DNA of 64,000 bases from positions 224,001 through 288,000 of the forward strand of contig CAXXLZ010000002.1 in NCBI GenBank assembly GCA_963675595.2. The letters are read 5' to 3'. This document shows positions 24,401 to 34,461 of this stretch, one piece after another (the first letter of the stretch is position 1; each line of letters begins with the position of its first letter). The position numbers were made by a program, and so were the translations under genes. The notes beneath the pieces are model-generated. The model was not told the DNA's origin. It searched no databases and saw nothing but the letters and a program-made list of their open reading frames with translations. This stretch comes from Thermodesulfobacteriota bacterium (lineage in GTDB: Bacteria > Desulfobacterota > Desulfarculia > JACQYL01).

Positions 24401-25660
24401 GATGTCTTTAAGTACATGAGCGTCAGGACCTTTCTCCATCGCTTCAACATAACCGCCTGCAATCTTATCCAAGACTTCCACCTGCCCGGTGATAACACCT
24501 CCATGACCGTTAACTAAGCGAAAATCAGGAAACCGGTATTCCACACCGTATAGTTTTTGACATTGCTTTATGATCATCCGCAAGTCATACAGAGCCAAGA
24601 AATTTAGATTTGGGAGTTTGGAATTATCAATGATGGTGATTTCGCCGGATTCTTCTGTATAGTAGAGCTGCAAAAGCATGCCCATTTGAAAAGGCCTGAA
24701 CCATTTCGAGTAGCCCTTGAAAGTGTCTATAATGATTGATTGGTCCTCGCTGTTCGCATGCACCATGCCGGGTGCATCGAAGATACTGGTCTGATCGCAG
24801 CTCAGAGAGCTTTTGGGTATGACGCCCAAGATATTGTCGATAATTCGTTCCGGCTCCTGAAGGATTTGTCTTGCAGGGTATCGATATAGCTGATAGCCCA
24901 AGGATAAAATGTAATTCTGACGCTTTAATTGTCTTTCCCATTCCTCAGGCGATATCCTGTCCGGATCATGGTATTCGCGGCCGTCTACCTCGATAATGGT
25001 GCCCTTGCCGCCCGTATTTATGAAGAAATCGCCCACATAGTTGGATCCCTCGATTTTCATCTGAGGGGTGATGAAGTCAAGAGCGGATAGTCCATAGGCC
25101 GGCACGATGACGTTGATGATGAACGCTCGCTCGGCGAAGTGCGGGTCCGGGTTGTCGAGGGATGTTTCGTAATGGCCTTTTTCTTCCAACCACTGATCGA
25201 CTTGATCCAGGTCGGTAGCGGTAGGTGGCTTGAATTGGGGAGAATTGAATAACTCGATGAATTTCCGGCTGAATCTGTACCTGGGCATGTAGGAAGGACC
25301 CGCGTAGTACGCTTCCCCGACCGGTTCCGGACGACATGTTTTGGGGGAGTAGTCGGAATCCAAACAAGTGATCCTGTTTCCACGAGCTGCGATGGCAGGA
25401 TTCAAGCCGTTTCCGGAATTTCTCCCCTGTTCGAACTCCACCAAGTCGGGATTCATGTCGGCTATCGCGGCAACGATGGCAAACTCCAATTGATAGGGCA
25501 GCTGTTTTATCAGGGCCTCAGGAGCCAGATGAGGCAGGTATTCCAGACCCGTGTTCCGGGGATACTCAGAATCGTTTTCCAAAGAACTCCGAAAAAGCCT
25601 GGGGTCGATCATCCTGGCGATCAGATCGATGAATTCCCGTCGATTCATACGCGCGCCCAC
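21452..25660 (-). CDS. Large RecQ-family helicase with N-terminal DUF559/Vsr-like nuclease domain
   Basis: LPTGRGKS, IDEAHCVSEWGHDFR, LTATAT, VATKAYGMGID, YYQEVGRAGRDG, CRR...CGFCD..C; N-terminal DFF...IIEVDGREYH...RQNYILSLGYQLYRY. Confidence 0.9.
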   Translation of the reverse strand: MGARMNRREFIDLIARMIDPRLFRSSLENDSEYPRNTGLEYLPHLAPEALIKQLPYQLEFAIVAAIADMNPDLVEFEQGRNSGNGLNPAIAARGNRITCLDSDYSPKTCRPEPVGEAYYAGPSYMPRYRFSRKFIELFNSPQFKPPTATDLDQVDQWLEEKGHYETSLDNPDPHFAERAFIINVIVPAYGLSALDFITPQMKIEGSNYVGDFFINTGGKGTIIEVDGREYHDPDRISPEEWERQLKRQNYILSLGYQLYRYPARQILQEPERIIDNILGVIPKSSLSCDQTSIFDAPGMVHANSEDQSIIIDTFKGYSKWFRPFQMGMLLQLYYTEESGEITIIDNSKLPNLNFLALYDLRMIIKQCQKLYGVEYRFPDFRLVNGHGGVITGQVEVLDKIAGGYVEAMEKGPDAHVLKDIENIFKIGSSRSNDEVPDLIIDLTREGRIPLTPDVAARPNILGREACNIATLRARFRALTVDRSKARITSAPVCFRKSLIDYFSRRLLRIPFLWHHYDPENPNTELRQYELICGVLSGKSILGILPTGRGKSAAFQLAAKLLPSSTLIISPLRALMRDQVEDLALNKGFNMVKSIRYDMSSSDKEDAVDDFLYGFVDILYVAPERLQILSFSDKLEKASASVCLSLLCIDEAHCVSEWGHDFRIAYLQIPFFLKNVSAYQSGIETPILALTATATDPVKEDICGILNLSVKDCRDGGSLLAEANIDRTELSFSVHTLAGTRYPDDRHDSICDILTMAIPTALRYTHDFDWAGFSQGHWEGIGCGAIFCVYANPKGQTSWQDGVGAIGNMLDVRGIIENQFFNIYASHTPDFCPYCKQEGKFVYAIRNIPAEDGGGFQCSNGHTFRKPKSDPNWDKDILKVQRRFKAKAIPLLVATKAYGMGIDHRGLRFIVHSCMPASIEGYYQEVGRAGRDGEHSHCSLVVRLPTRKCLDEHLETIGLVTREDDFLLPPCMRGKYYLQRKCPPEIGLPEPCDFSRQFRMVLEHYASPEKFAERTTKLWQEIKSKNPVDGYWVKSVKTNSAHADKLLIGINNELFRLQQLKLISHFKLKYNSIGRFTDIDFLIMPVEKPTCYSMITSLISELMKMATFRSELGRSKELDVETINEIQRKVLVGDIPNNNSPPKDFHVQNAVYRLFTEVRKYVLSMRLQSLLNLMTYVRIKNRCRRQYLLGTMSQVDDGHKCGFCDSDSCVPDLNFTLSSAVPAKDNAQHRDILVREEHSFETKDVQEYEWALDEAEKQGFVVAFGQHAAAKLEVDPINSLANMGVADSFQREDDAEIRSSAHRYHRQFAEIENIMHKNLELSTWGYEKYARFDGASAIRTYAKVDGASEDMDFVRMMAADMEKAGLEHEEALSLSCNLYQKQFGQTIGRLNKDQALKTELAKW

Positions 25661-25860
25661 TTCCCATCAGATGGTCACAAGATTCCGTGCAGACAATTCC
25701 TCCGACGCCCGGAGTATGAGGGATATCGTCGACAGTAACCAGCAAATTCCGGAGTTTGCCGTTCCAAGTCAAGCTCAAAATAGCCGAATATTCCGTCTTG
25801 ACCCGCGAGTGGGGTTAACTGAAAAGAAACAATCCTAATTTGAAGTGATTTCATAGGCAT

Positions 25861-26877
25861 TCATGAAAGGTTTACGCGTGCATTCGGCCGATCGGTCGAC
25901 AGGAGCGCGGTGTTGATTTTTACTTCCCCAACAGCAATTCCACTTTCACCGGCGGACACTGCGTATACCTGACCATTCAGCCCGGAACCCAGTGCAGACC
26001 AATTTGCCCCGTTCCAGACCGCAGCGTTGGCCGCATCGCCGCCCCCGGCTTGAGTGAAATATCCTCCAACGTACACCTTTCCGCCGGAAGACGGTGCGAT
26101 TCCATAAACACCGCCATTCAATAAGGGGATCCATAGAAAACCATTCCAATTGGCAATGTTGGAAGCGAAACTCCACCTGCTTCGGTAAAAGCACCACCCG
26201 CATAAAGGTTCCCCGATGAATCGGTGGCTAAGGCATATACCGGACCGTTGGTTCCCACCCCCAGAGGGGTCCAAGAGGATCCGCTCCAACGGGCAATGTT
26301 ATTTGCGGAACCAGCTCCTACAGAGCTGAACGATCCTCCGGCGTAGACAGTTCCTATCTTGCTCTTGGCAAGGCTATAGACAGGTCCATTCCAGGAGGTC
26401 CCCCAATACCGACCCCTCTTTATTGAGCCACTGAGAACCGTCCCATTCGGCCAAGTTTTGGCAGATAGTGTCACCGGCCTGATAGAAAGAGCCGCCCGCC
26501 AAGATACCACCATTTCCGTCGGGGCCTATGGCCCACACCGGGCCTTCATAGACACCCCATATCCCGAAAACGTCCCACCAGCCTTCATCCATTAGGTTGG
26601 TCGGCTCGGTCAAAGAGCGGTCGTCTCGTTCCGAGGATGGACGGACCGAAACACTCGGGATACCTTCTGGCGAGATTGCACTGGTCAGTGGATCAGGATG
26701 GGGAGATTCCTGTATGGCATGCCGGGAGTAGGGATTCCGGTCGTCTTCAATGCCCTGAGCATAGGCCATGCAACTTGCACAAAGCATCAACAGCACGGGA
26801 AAAGCTCGAACTCGAAATAAGATTGCGCAAGACGGAGAGCCGCAGAGAGCCCGAGTGGATACCCACATTTTTACCAA
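25861..26877 (-). pseudogene. Fragmented secreted beta-propeller repeat protein
   Basis: Signal-peptide-like start, then repeats of type VYAGGSF...NIARWSGSSWTPLG.G.NGPVYALA spread over three reading frames; breaks off near 25920. Confidence 0.75.
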
Positions 26878-27187
26878 CTTGAATACATTTACATTCAGAA
26901 TTTTGTATTCTTAGAGCAAATAAGTATGCATAACACAAACTTTTTCGCTTTTTTACGGACAAACGAACGATTCCAAACACCGTTGCCTCGGACTGAAGCC
27001 GCCGGAGCGTCGCGTTTCGGACTTGAGAACGCATCATATCAGGGGGTTTTGTCGGATCAGGACAAACGGGAGGGATGTTTTTTCGGCTCATCGGAATTCC
27101 GTCGTGAGTGACATAACGGCAGGACTCCGCAGAGACGCTGCAAAGTTTTTCGGCAAGGACTTACTTGGTTATGGTCGATCTTCCTGA

Positions 27188-28360
27188 TCACTGAGTCGAT
27201 TTGTTGACCGACTCCATGATCTTCCGCCCTACTCTTTCGGCTGCCTGTTTCAGAGGATCGCCCGCCAAATGGGCATATCGGGCGGTGGTCTGCGGTTGGG
27301 TGTGCCCCAGCAGGGCGCCGATCATGGGCAGTGCCAAGCCGGATGCCGCCGCCACACTGGCGAAGCTGTGTCTCAGGTCGTGCAATCTCAGATCGGATAA
27401 GCCGGCTCGGGCGCGAATCCTTTGCCAGGGTCTCTGAATACTCACCAGATGCGCTCCGGGCTTTTTCCCCACAATCACGTAAGGGTTCTCCTTGAAGCGA
27501 GGAGCGGATGCCAGGACTGCCACCGCCGCTTCCGGCAAGTGGACGATTTTGCGCCCTGTCTTTGAGTCGGGGAGATTCAGGATTCCCTTTTCCAGGTCCA
27601 CGAATTCCCAACGCAGGGTCTTGATTTCAGATAAGCGGCAGCCGGTAAGCAGAAGCAGACGGACGGCAAGCGTCACGCAAGGCCACTCCTCACCTTGCTG
27701 TTCCACCTCCGTCAACGTCCGCCCCAATCTCGAAATCTCTTCCGTGGAGAGGAAACGCTCCACTTTGTTCTCTTTGAACTTCTCCACGTGTCGGCATGGA
27801 TTGGAGCCGTCGGACCGAAGCCCCCATTTTTCGGATAGATTGAACATCTTGGAGAGCAGGGCCATGGCCCTGTTTGCCTTGATCGGAGTATCCCTCAAGG
27901 AATAATGAAGCTTGGCCAGATCGGAACGATTCACATCTCCGATTCTTCTCGCGCCCAGTGCCGGCAGGACGGTAAGGCGCAGCAGCCTTTCGTCTTCCTC
28001 GACGCTGCGTTTCTTCTTCTTGATTCTGGCATGTTCGGTCAGGTAACGATTCGCCAAGTCGGCCACGGTGGGAGCATGCCGATCTTCTTGTTTTTCCTGC
28101 GCCGGGTCTTTACCTCTGTCCACGTCGGCCAACATGAGACGGGCTTCCCGCCTCGCCTCATCCGGCGTCAGCCTGCCGTAGGAACCCACGGTCAGCCGTC
28201 GGCTTCTTCCTTGGGCGTTTCTATACTGGATGAAAAAGCTCTTGGAACCGGAAGGTTTGACTCGAAGGCCGAAACCGATCAGGTCATCATCCCAAACGAA
28301 AATGTCCCTTTCGGGGTTTGCAACCAAGCTGTCAACGACTCGTTTGGTAAGTTTGGGCAT
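27188..28360 (-). CDS. Tyrosine recombinase/integrase with N-terminal arm-binding domain
   Basis: MPKLTKR...[12 protein letters not shown] arm domain; catalytic [27 protein letters not shown]; GGAGGG RBS before ATG 28360. Confidence 0.95.
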   Translation of the reverse strand: MPKLTKRVVDSLVANPERDIFVWDDDLIGFGLRVKPSGSKSFFIQYRNAQGRSRRLTVGSYGRLTPDEARREARLMLADVDRGKDPAQEKQEDRHAPTVADLANRYLTEHARIKKKKRSVEEDERLLRLTVLPALGARRIGDVNRSDLAKLHYSLRDTPIKANRAMALLSKMFNLSEKWGLRSDGSNPCRHVEKFKENKVERFLSTEEISRLGRTLTEVEQQGEEWPCVTLAVRLLLLTGCRLSEIKTLRWEFVDLEKGILNLPDSKTGRKIVHLPEAAVAVLASAPRFKENPYVIVGKKPGAHLVSIQRPWQRIRARAGLSDLRLHDLRHSFASVAAASGLALPMIGALLGHTQPQTTARYAHLAGDPLKQAAERVGRKIMESVNKSTQ

Positions 28361-28379
28361 GATCCCTCCGGTGGCGTCG

Positions 28380-28454
28380 GGTAAGCAGTAGGTAAGCACG
28401 GGTAAGCAAAACTGGGGGTATACTGGGGCAAAAGAGGGGGCATGTCAAGGGCAT
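28380..28454. repeat. Putative integrase arm-type / excisionase binding repeats
   Basis: GGTAAGCA three times (28380, 28391, 28401), then G-run motifs spaced about one helical turn apart, between the integrase start and attR. Confidence 0.6.
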
Positions 28455-28510
28455 ATAACTTTTATTTTACATAAAAATATAAATTAAACGAAAACAAGGG
28501 ATCCAAAAAA

Positions 28511-28561
28511 CTCAGATTCCTAATCTGGGTGCCGCAGGTTCGAGTCCTGCCGGGGGCACCA
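28511..28561 (+). tRNA. 3' half of tRNA-Arg(CCT): attR of the island, not an intact gene
   Basis: Anticodon arm TCAGA-TTCCTAA-TCTGG, T-arm GCAGG-TTCGAGT-CCTGC, end GGGGGCACCA; no D-arm or 5' acceptor strand upstream. Confidence 0.9.
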
Positions 28562-28565
28562 AACA

Positions 28566-28670
28566 TCGCAGAATAATGTGACTCCCCGTCTGTCGATCCT
28601 GTCGGTAGCCCGTTTCTCCGAGTGCCCTGACCACGTCCCTGCCGGACACAATCGGAAATAGCGCGCTCAC
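28566..28670 (-). pseudogene. Truncated HicA-family toxin fragment
   Basis: (V)SALFPIVSGRDVVRALGETGYRQDRQTGSHIILR matches the HicA N-terminus including the GSH motif; breaks off at the tRNA fragment. Confidence 0.72.
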
Positions 28671-28736
28671 ACGGCTGCCTCTGCATCGTTTTTGGCGATG
28701 CAGGCCCTTGGGTTCCCCCGAAAGAGAGGTGCTGAA

Positions 28737-30116
28737 ATGCCGGCAATCAAAACCATGCGCGACCTGCTGAGGCGACTTGAGACACGCGGCGACATGGTGA
28801 GGGTGAAAAAAAGAGTATCGCCCTTGTTTGAACAGGCCGCCGTCACCAAGAAGTTCATGGATACATCCGGCCGGACGGTGCTGTTCGAGGATGTAGGCCA
28901 TGAGAATTTCAAGATGGTCGGCAACGTCTATGGGGGACGAAGAAAATTCGCTACGCTCTTCAACGTGGCTGAATCCGAAGTGCGCCGTCATTTCGAAAAG
29001 ATTTCAGAATCCAAGCCTATTGCGCCGCACATTGTCAAAAGTGCCTCCGTCCAAGAGGTTGTGCATGAAGGCAAGCCGAACGTCACGGATGTTTTGCCGG
29101 TGCCGTGGCAGTATGAGAAAGATCGGTCACAATTCATTACTGCGGGACTGATTGTTGCCCGCGACCCGGACACCGGCGTCCATAACGTTTCCTTCCAGCG
29201 CCTGATGGTGCACCGTGACCATATCCTGGGCATACAGATCGTTCCACGCATGGATCTGGATTTTATTTACAAGCACGCCCAGGCCCGGAAAAAGCCCTTA
29301 GAGGTGGCTGTGGTAATCGGCGGCAATCCTTGGTTCTTCCTGGCCGCTTCAACTCATATTCCGATAGATGCCGACGAATTTGAGTTTGCAGGCGGTCTTC
29401 AAGGGAGTCCCCTTGATCTCGTAGCCTGCAAAACGGTTGACTTGTTAGTCCCTTCAAATGCGGAAATCGTGATTGAGGGCCGGATTCCTTGGGATACGTT
29501 ATGCGACGAAGGCCCCATGGGCGAAGTTCATGGGTATTATGGCACGGAATTTCCCAAACCGATCATCGAGGTCTCAGCCATCACGCATAGACATGATCCG
29601 ATTTTTCACACCATACTAAGCGGAGCTCCCGAAGAACACTGCCCGCTTGCACTTCCCATTGAAGCCTCCATTCTTAAGGCGATGCGGCGTATTCATAAGG
29701 ACACCACGGACATCAACATCATGCCGAGCCTTTACCGCTGTGTTGCATCGGTGCGCGATCTGCCGGACTACAGTGTGGCTGAAAAGCTGCTCCGCGCCAT
29801 GTTGGGTCACCCGTGGGTGTTCCTGGCCATCCTTGTGAATGACGATATTGATATTCATAATCCGATCGACGTATTTTGGGCCGTCACTACGCGCACAAAT
29901 CCCGAGGCCGACATCTTCGTCGAGCAATTTCCGACCGACACCAAGACGGACGACCGAGGGATCCCGCCTACGCCCATTAAACGGCCGCTTGACGGTATGC
30001 GTCACCGGACGGCCGTCAATGCGGCTGTTGACGGCAAGACGATGAAGAACTTTGAGCGCAGCCGCTTGAAAAATTACGACATGCTGGATCTGGAAAAGTA
30101 TCTCGTCGGACCGTGA
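28737..30116 (+). CDS. UbiD-family prFMN-dependent decarboxylase
   Basis: AEIVIEG, EGPMGEVHGYY, AITHR, VNDDIDIHNPIDVFWAVTTR. Confidence 0.92.
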   Translation: MPAIKTMRDLLRRLETRGDMVRVKKRVSPLFEQAAVTKKFMDTSGRTVLFEDVGHENFKMVGNVYGGRRKFATLFNVAESEVRRHFEKISESKPIAPHIVKSASVQEVVHEGKPNVTDVLPVPWQYEKDRSQFITAGLIVARDPDTGVHNVSFQRLMVHRDHILGIQIVPRMDLDFIYKHAQARKKPLEVAVVIGGNPWFFLAASTHIPIDADEFEFAGGLQGSPLDLVACKTVDLLVPSNAEIVIEGRIPWDTLCDEGPMGEVHGYYGTEFPKPIIEVSAITHRHDPIFHTILSGAPEEHCPLALPIEASILKAMRRIHKDTTDINIMPSLYRCVASVRDLPDYSVAEKLLRAMLGHPWVFLAILVNDDIDIHNPIDVFWAVTTRTNPEADIFVEQFPTDTKTDDRGIPPTPIKRPLDGMRHRTAVNAAVDGKTMKNFERSRLKNYDMLDLEKYLVGP

Positions 30117-30368
30117 ACGAAACCGCATCGATATTACGTGCTTATTCACGGGGCCGCCTGGGGAACCGAGTTCCCCTCCCCCCGTGAACACGCACATGGT
30201 ACGGGCGCCCTCGCCTTCCCGCCAAGATGCCCGATAGGCCTCTGCTTCAGACTCACGTAAGCTGTCGCTTATGGTCGCCTCAATGCTGAAAGCATCCCAT
30301 TAGTGATGACGGAAGATCGGAGAATCGGCTCCGCAGATCAACAAAACGAGTTTAACGGAGGTAGGGAA

Positions 30369-31628
30369 ATGGAAGGAAAGCAATACGTCAAACTGGTTGA
30401 TCGGATTCTGATAGCCACTCTGCTGATTTGTCTAACCTGTATTTCGGGGCCTGTGATTGCCGCATCGGAAGCTCCCGACAGCATCAAGATAGGAGCCGCG
30501 ATGCCGGTCAGCGGGAGGTTCGCCTCGGGCGGGCATACCGTTAAACTGGGATATGAGATCGCCGTGGACTTCATCAACAAATCCGGAGGAGTTTTCGTCA
30601 AGGAATTCGACAAGAAGATCCCCTTGGAACTCATCATTCTTGATGATGAGTCCGACCCGGTCAAAACGGTGTCCAAAATGGAAACCCTCAATGAGTCGGA
30701 CAAAGTGCTTGCGTATCTTGGGGGATTCGGAAGTTCCCTCCACGCGGCCGCAGCCGGCGTGGCTGAAAAGAACAAAATCCCTTACTTGGGGGTGGCGTTC
30801 ACCTTGTACTCCATCCATCAGCAAGGCTACAAATACCTATTCTCCCCTTATCCCAAGACCCCGAATTCCGTCAAAACCCTTTTCGAAATGTTGGATACGC
30901 TGCCCCCAACGGAAAGGCCGACCAAAATGGCCATATTCCGGCTCACCACGGACTGGGGAATAGAGCAGGCCGAGGCCGTTCACAAAATGGCTCCTCCCGG
31001 GTACGAGGTGGTCATGGATGCGAGCTACCGCCCGTTGACCAAAGATTTCTCAGCGATGATTCTAAAAGCAAAAGCCACGGGCGCCGATTCGCTGTGGAGC
31101 AATCCCATTCCTCCGGACGGCATCGCCTTGGTGAGACAGTGCAAAGAGCTGAACTGGAATCCCAAATTCCTTTATGTGGTTCGGGCGGCGACTTATGACA
31201 ACTGGATCAAAGCGCTGGGCTCGGCCGGCGATTATGCCGTGTGCGACTCGCCCTACCATTGGTCCTATCCGTTCCCAGGGAACTCGGCGTTTGTGGATGA
31301 ATTCAAGAAGCGGGACAAGGTGCTTCCGGACACGACCGCCGGCGCCGGTTATGTCTGCGTGCAAATATTGGCGAATGCCATTGAAAAAATCGGCGTCCTT
31401 GACAGGGAAAAGCTCAGAGACGCCATCGCCGCCACCGATATGGAGACCATCATGGGTCCAATCCGCTTCGAGGCGGATGGTACTCCCAAAATGTACGGCC
31501 CGGACGGCGCGACTTTGCCGATTGCCGGCATGAGCCAGTGGATAGACGGGAAACAGGAGCTTGTCTGGCCCTCAAACCTGGCAACCGCTCCCTTTGCATA
31601 TCCGGCAAAACCGTTCAAGGAAAGATAA
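30369..31628 (+). CDS. ABC transporter substrate-binding protein (LivK-like)
   Basis: Signal peptide, IKIGAAMPVSGRFA, LDDESDP, TIMGPIRF; upstream of Liv-type genes. Confidence 0.9.
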   Translation: MEGKQYVKLVDRILIATLLICLTCISGPVIAASEAPDSIKIGAAMPVSGRFASGGHTVKLGYEIAVDFINKSGGVFVKEFDKKIPLELIILDDESDPVKTVSKMETLNESDKVLAYLGGFGSSLHAAAAGVAEKNKIPYLGVAFTLYSIHQQGYKYLFSPYPKTPNSVKTLFEMLDTLPPTERPTKMAIFRLTTDWGIEQAEAVHKMAPPGYEVVMDASYRPLTKDFSAMILKAKATGADSLWSNPIPPDGIALVRQCKELNWNPKFLYVVRAATYDNWIKALGSAGDYAVCDSPYHWSYPFPGNSAFVDEFKKRDKVLPDTTAGAGYVCVQILANAIEKIGVLDREKLRDAIAATDMETIMGPIRFEADGTPKMYGPDGATLPIAGMSQWIDGKQELVWPSNLATAPFAYPAKPFKER

Positions 31629-31707
31629 GTCTCGGCGCTTTTTCGTTGTATTCAATCACAGGATCTCCGGGGGAACAGCAGAGAAGGTGGGCCTTCGGCC
31701 GTCTTTT

Positions 31708-31783
31708 GGGCAGGCACTGTGGCCTGCCCCTACAATAGACGATTTCCTCCCCTGAGGGATTACGGCACTAGGGCCTGCCCTAC
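31708..31783 (-). repeat. GTAG-type REP palindromes
   Basis: Reverse complement GTAGGGGCAGGCCACAGTGCCTGCCC plus a second partial copy ending at 31783. Confidence 0.6.
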
Positions 31784-32133
31784 AAAGCCTGGATTCCCAT
31801 TCACGGAGCGGGTTGTTGGTTTTCGTTCACAGAGGGGTCTCGGGACGAAGCCGAACTTGCCGGCGTCTTTGCCGATTCAGCAGAGGTAAGAAACGTTGAG
31901 AATCGGCTAGGAAGCCTATTGCTCCCTCAGCCTCTCCGCAGAAAGCGGTGAGGCCTGTCCAACGTGCTTTGAAAGCAACTGTGTTCTTTGTCAACTGAGT
32001 TGTTTGTCACTGATTCCTATGAAGCTGTAACACGGCGCTTGCTAGGCGCGGCACGCGTGGGGCTGCCGCGCGCAAGCACCGCGCCACAGCAGACCACGGC
32101 AGCATCGGTTAACCGATGTGATACATAAACCGG

Positions 32134-33300
<1,167 letters not shown>

Positions 33301-33390
33301 AATATACAAGGGGGTGCGGGGCATAAGCGCTAACTTACGCCTTTTGTTTTGGTGAGGTTTATGGTACCATTGCCGCCAAAGGAGGTGGCA

Positions 33391-34461
33391 ATGGAGCGTC
33401 TCGTTTTTTCCGAGGAAATGGAAGACTGGGAAGTTCTCCAGGGTTTTCTTCCCGATGGCTGGCAATCCAAAGCAAGGGAACTTGGTGCCGTTGTCAGATA
33501 CCGTAAGTTCGTGGACGCCGAAGGTCTGTTGCGAACGCTTCTGATCCATCTGGCGGAAGGTTGCTCACTTCGGCTGACGGCGGCCAAAGCCAGGTTCGGC
33601 AACATTACGTCGATTTCCGACGTAGCTCTCCTAAAACGACTGAATAAATGCGGAGAGTGGTTTCGGTGGATGGCCTTAGGGGTCATGGAGAAATGGTTTC
33701 GAAAGCTGCCCGCCGTTGTTTTTGGAGAGAATTCACGCATCAGGTTGATCGATGCCTCCACCATTCAAGAACCTGGAAGTACCGGAACGACTTGGAGGGT
33801 CCATTATTCCATACAATTGCCTTCGCTGCGCTGCGACGAAGTCTATGTAACAGACCCCAAGATCGGAGAATCCTTCACCAATTTCAAAGTCCATGGCGGT
33901 GAACTTCTTGTAGCGGATAGAGCCTATTGCACACCAAGAGGAATTCACCATGTCATAGACAACGGCGGCGACGTCCTGGTTCGAATGAAACACCGTGTCG
34001 CCATGGTGGACAAGCAAGGGGAACGATTCCAATTACTCCCTCATCTAAGGACGTTACGTGTAAATAAGCTTGGCGACTGGGATGCATTCGTTCCATTTGA
34101 ACAACGCTTGGTTGCAGGTAGAATCTGTGCCATCAAGAAGAGCAAAGACGCCACTGAAAAAGCTCGTAAAGCGATAGAAAAAGAGGCGAGGAAAAAAGGT
34201 CGCCAAGTTACTCCGGACACCCTCGAAGCGGCGGCCTACATATTTGTTTTCACAACATTGGGCCGTGAAATCTCGCCCTCTCAGGTCCTCGAGATGTACC
34301 GAGGTCGATGGCAAATTGAACTCGCTTTCAAGCGTCTAAAGTCCATTCTCGGTTTAGGCCATCTTAGAAAGACCGACATCGAAGGAGCCAAGGCCTGGAT
34401 CCATGGGAAACTACTGGTGGCTTTCTTAGTGGAGGCCATGATCGCCGCAGGCGAATCTTGA
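33391..34461 (+). pseudogene. IS4 transposase with C-terminus cut off by insertion (remainder 36341-36382)
   Basis: LIDAS, VADRAY, YRGRWQIELAFKRLKS; removing the nested IS restores ...AGESFFPWGYPLQKEPP*. Confidence 0.88.

Noticed and set aside
25566-25860. Small, possibly frameshifted gene upstream of RecQ
   Set aside because: Two short ORFs with no recognisable motif, one overlapping the RecQ start; cannot be supported
28511-28561. Functional tRNA-Arg gene
   Set aside because: Only the anticodon arm, T-arm and 3' acceptor strand are present; treated as attR
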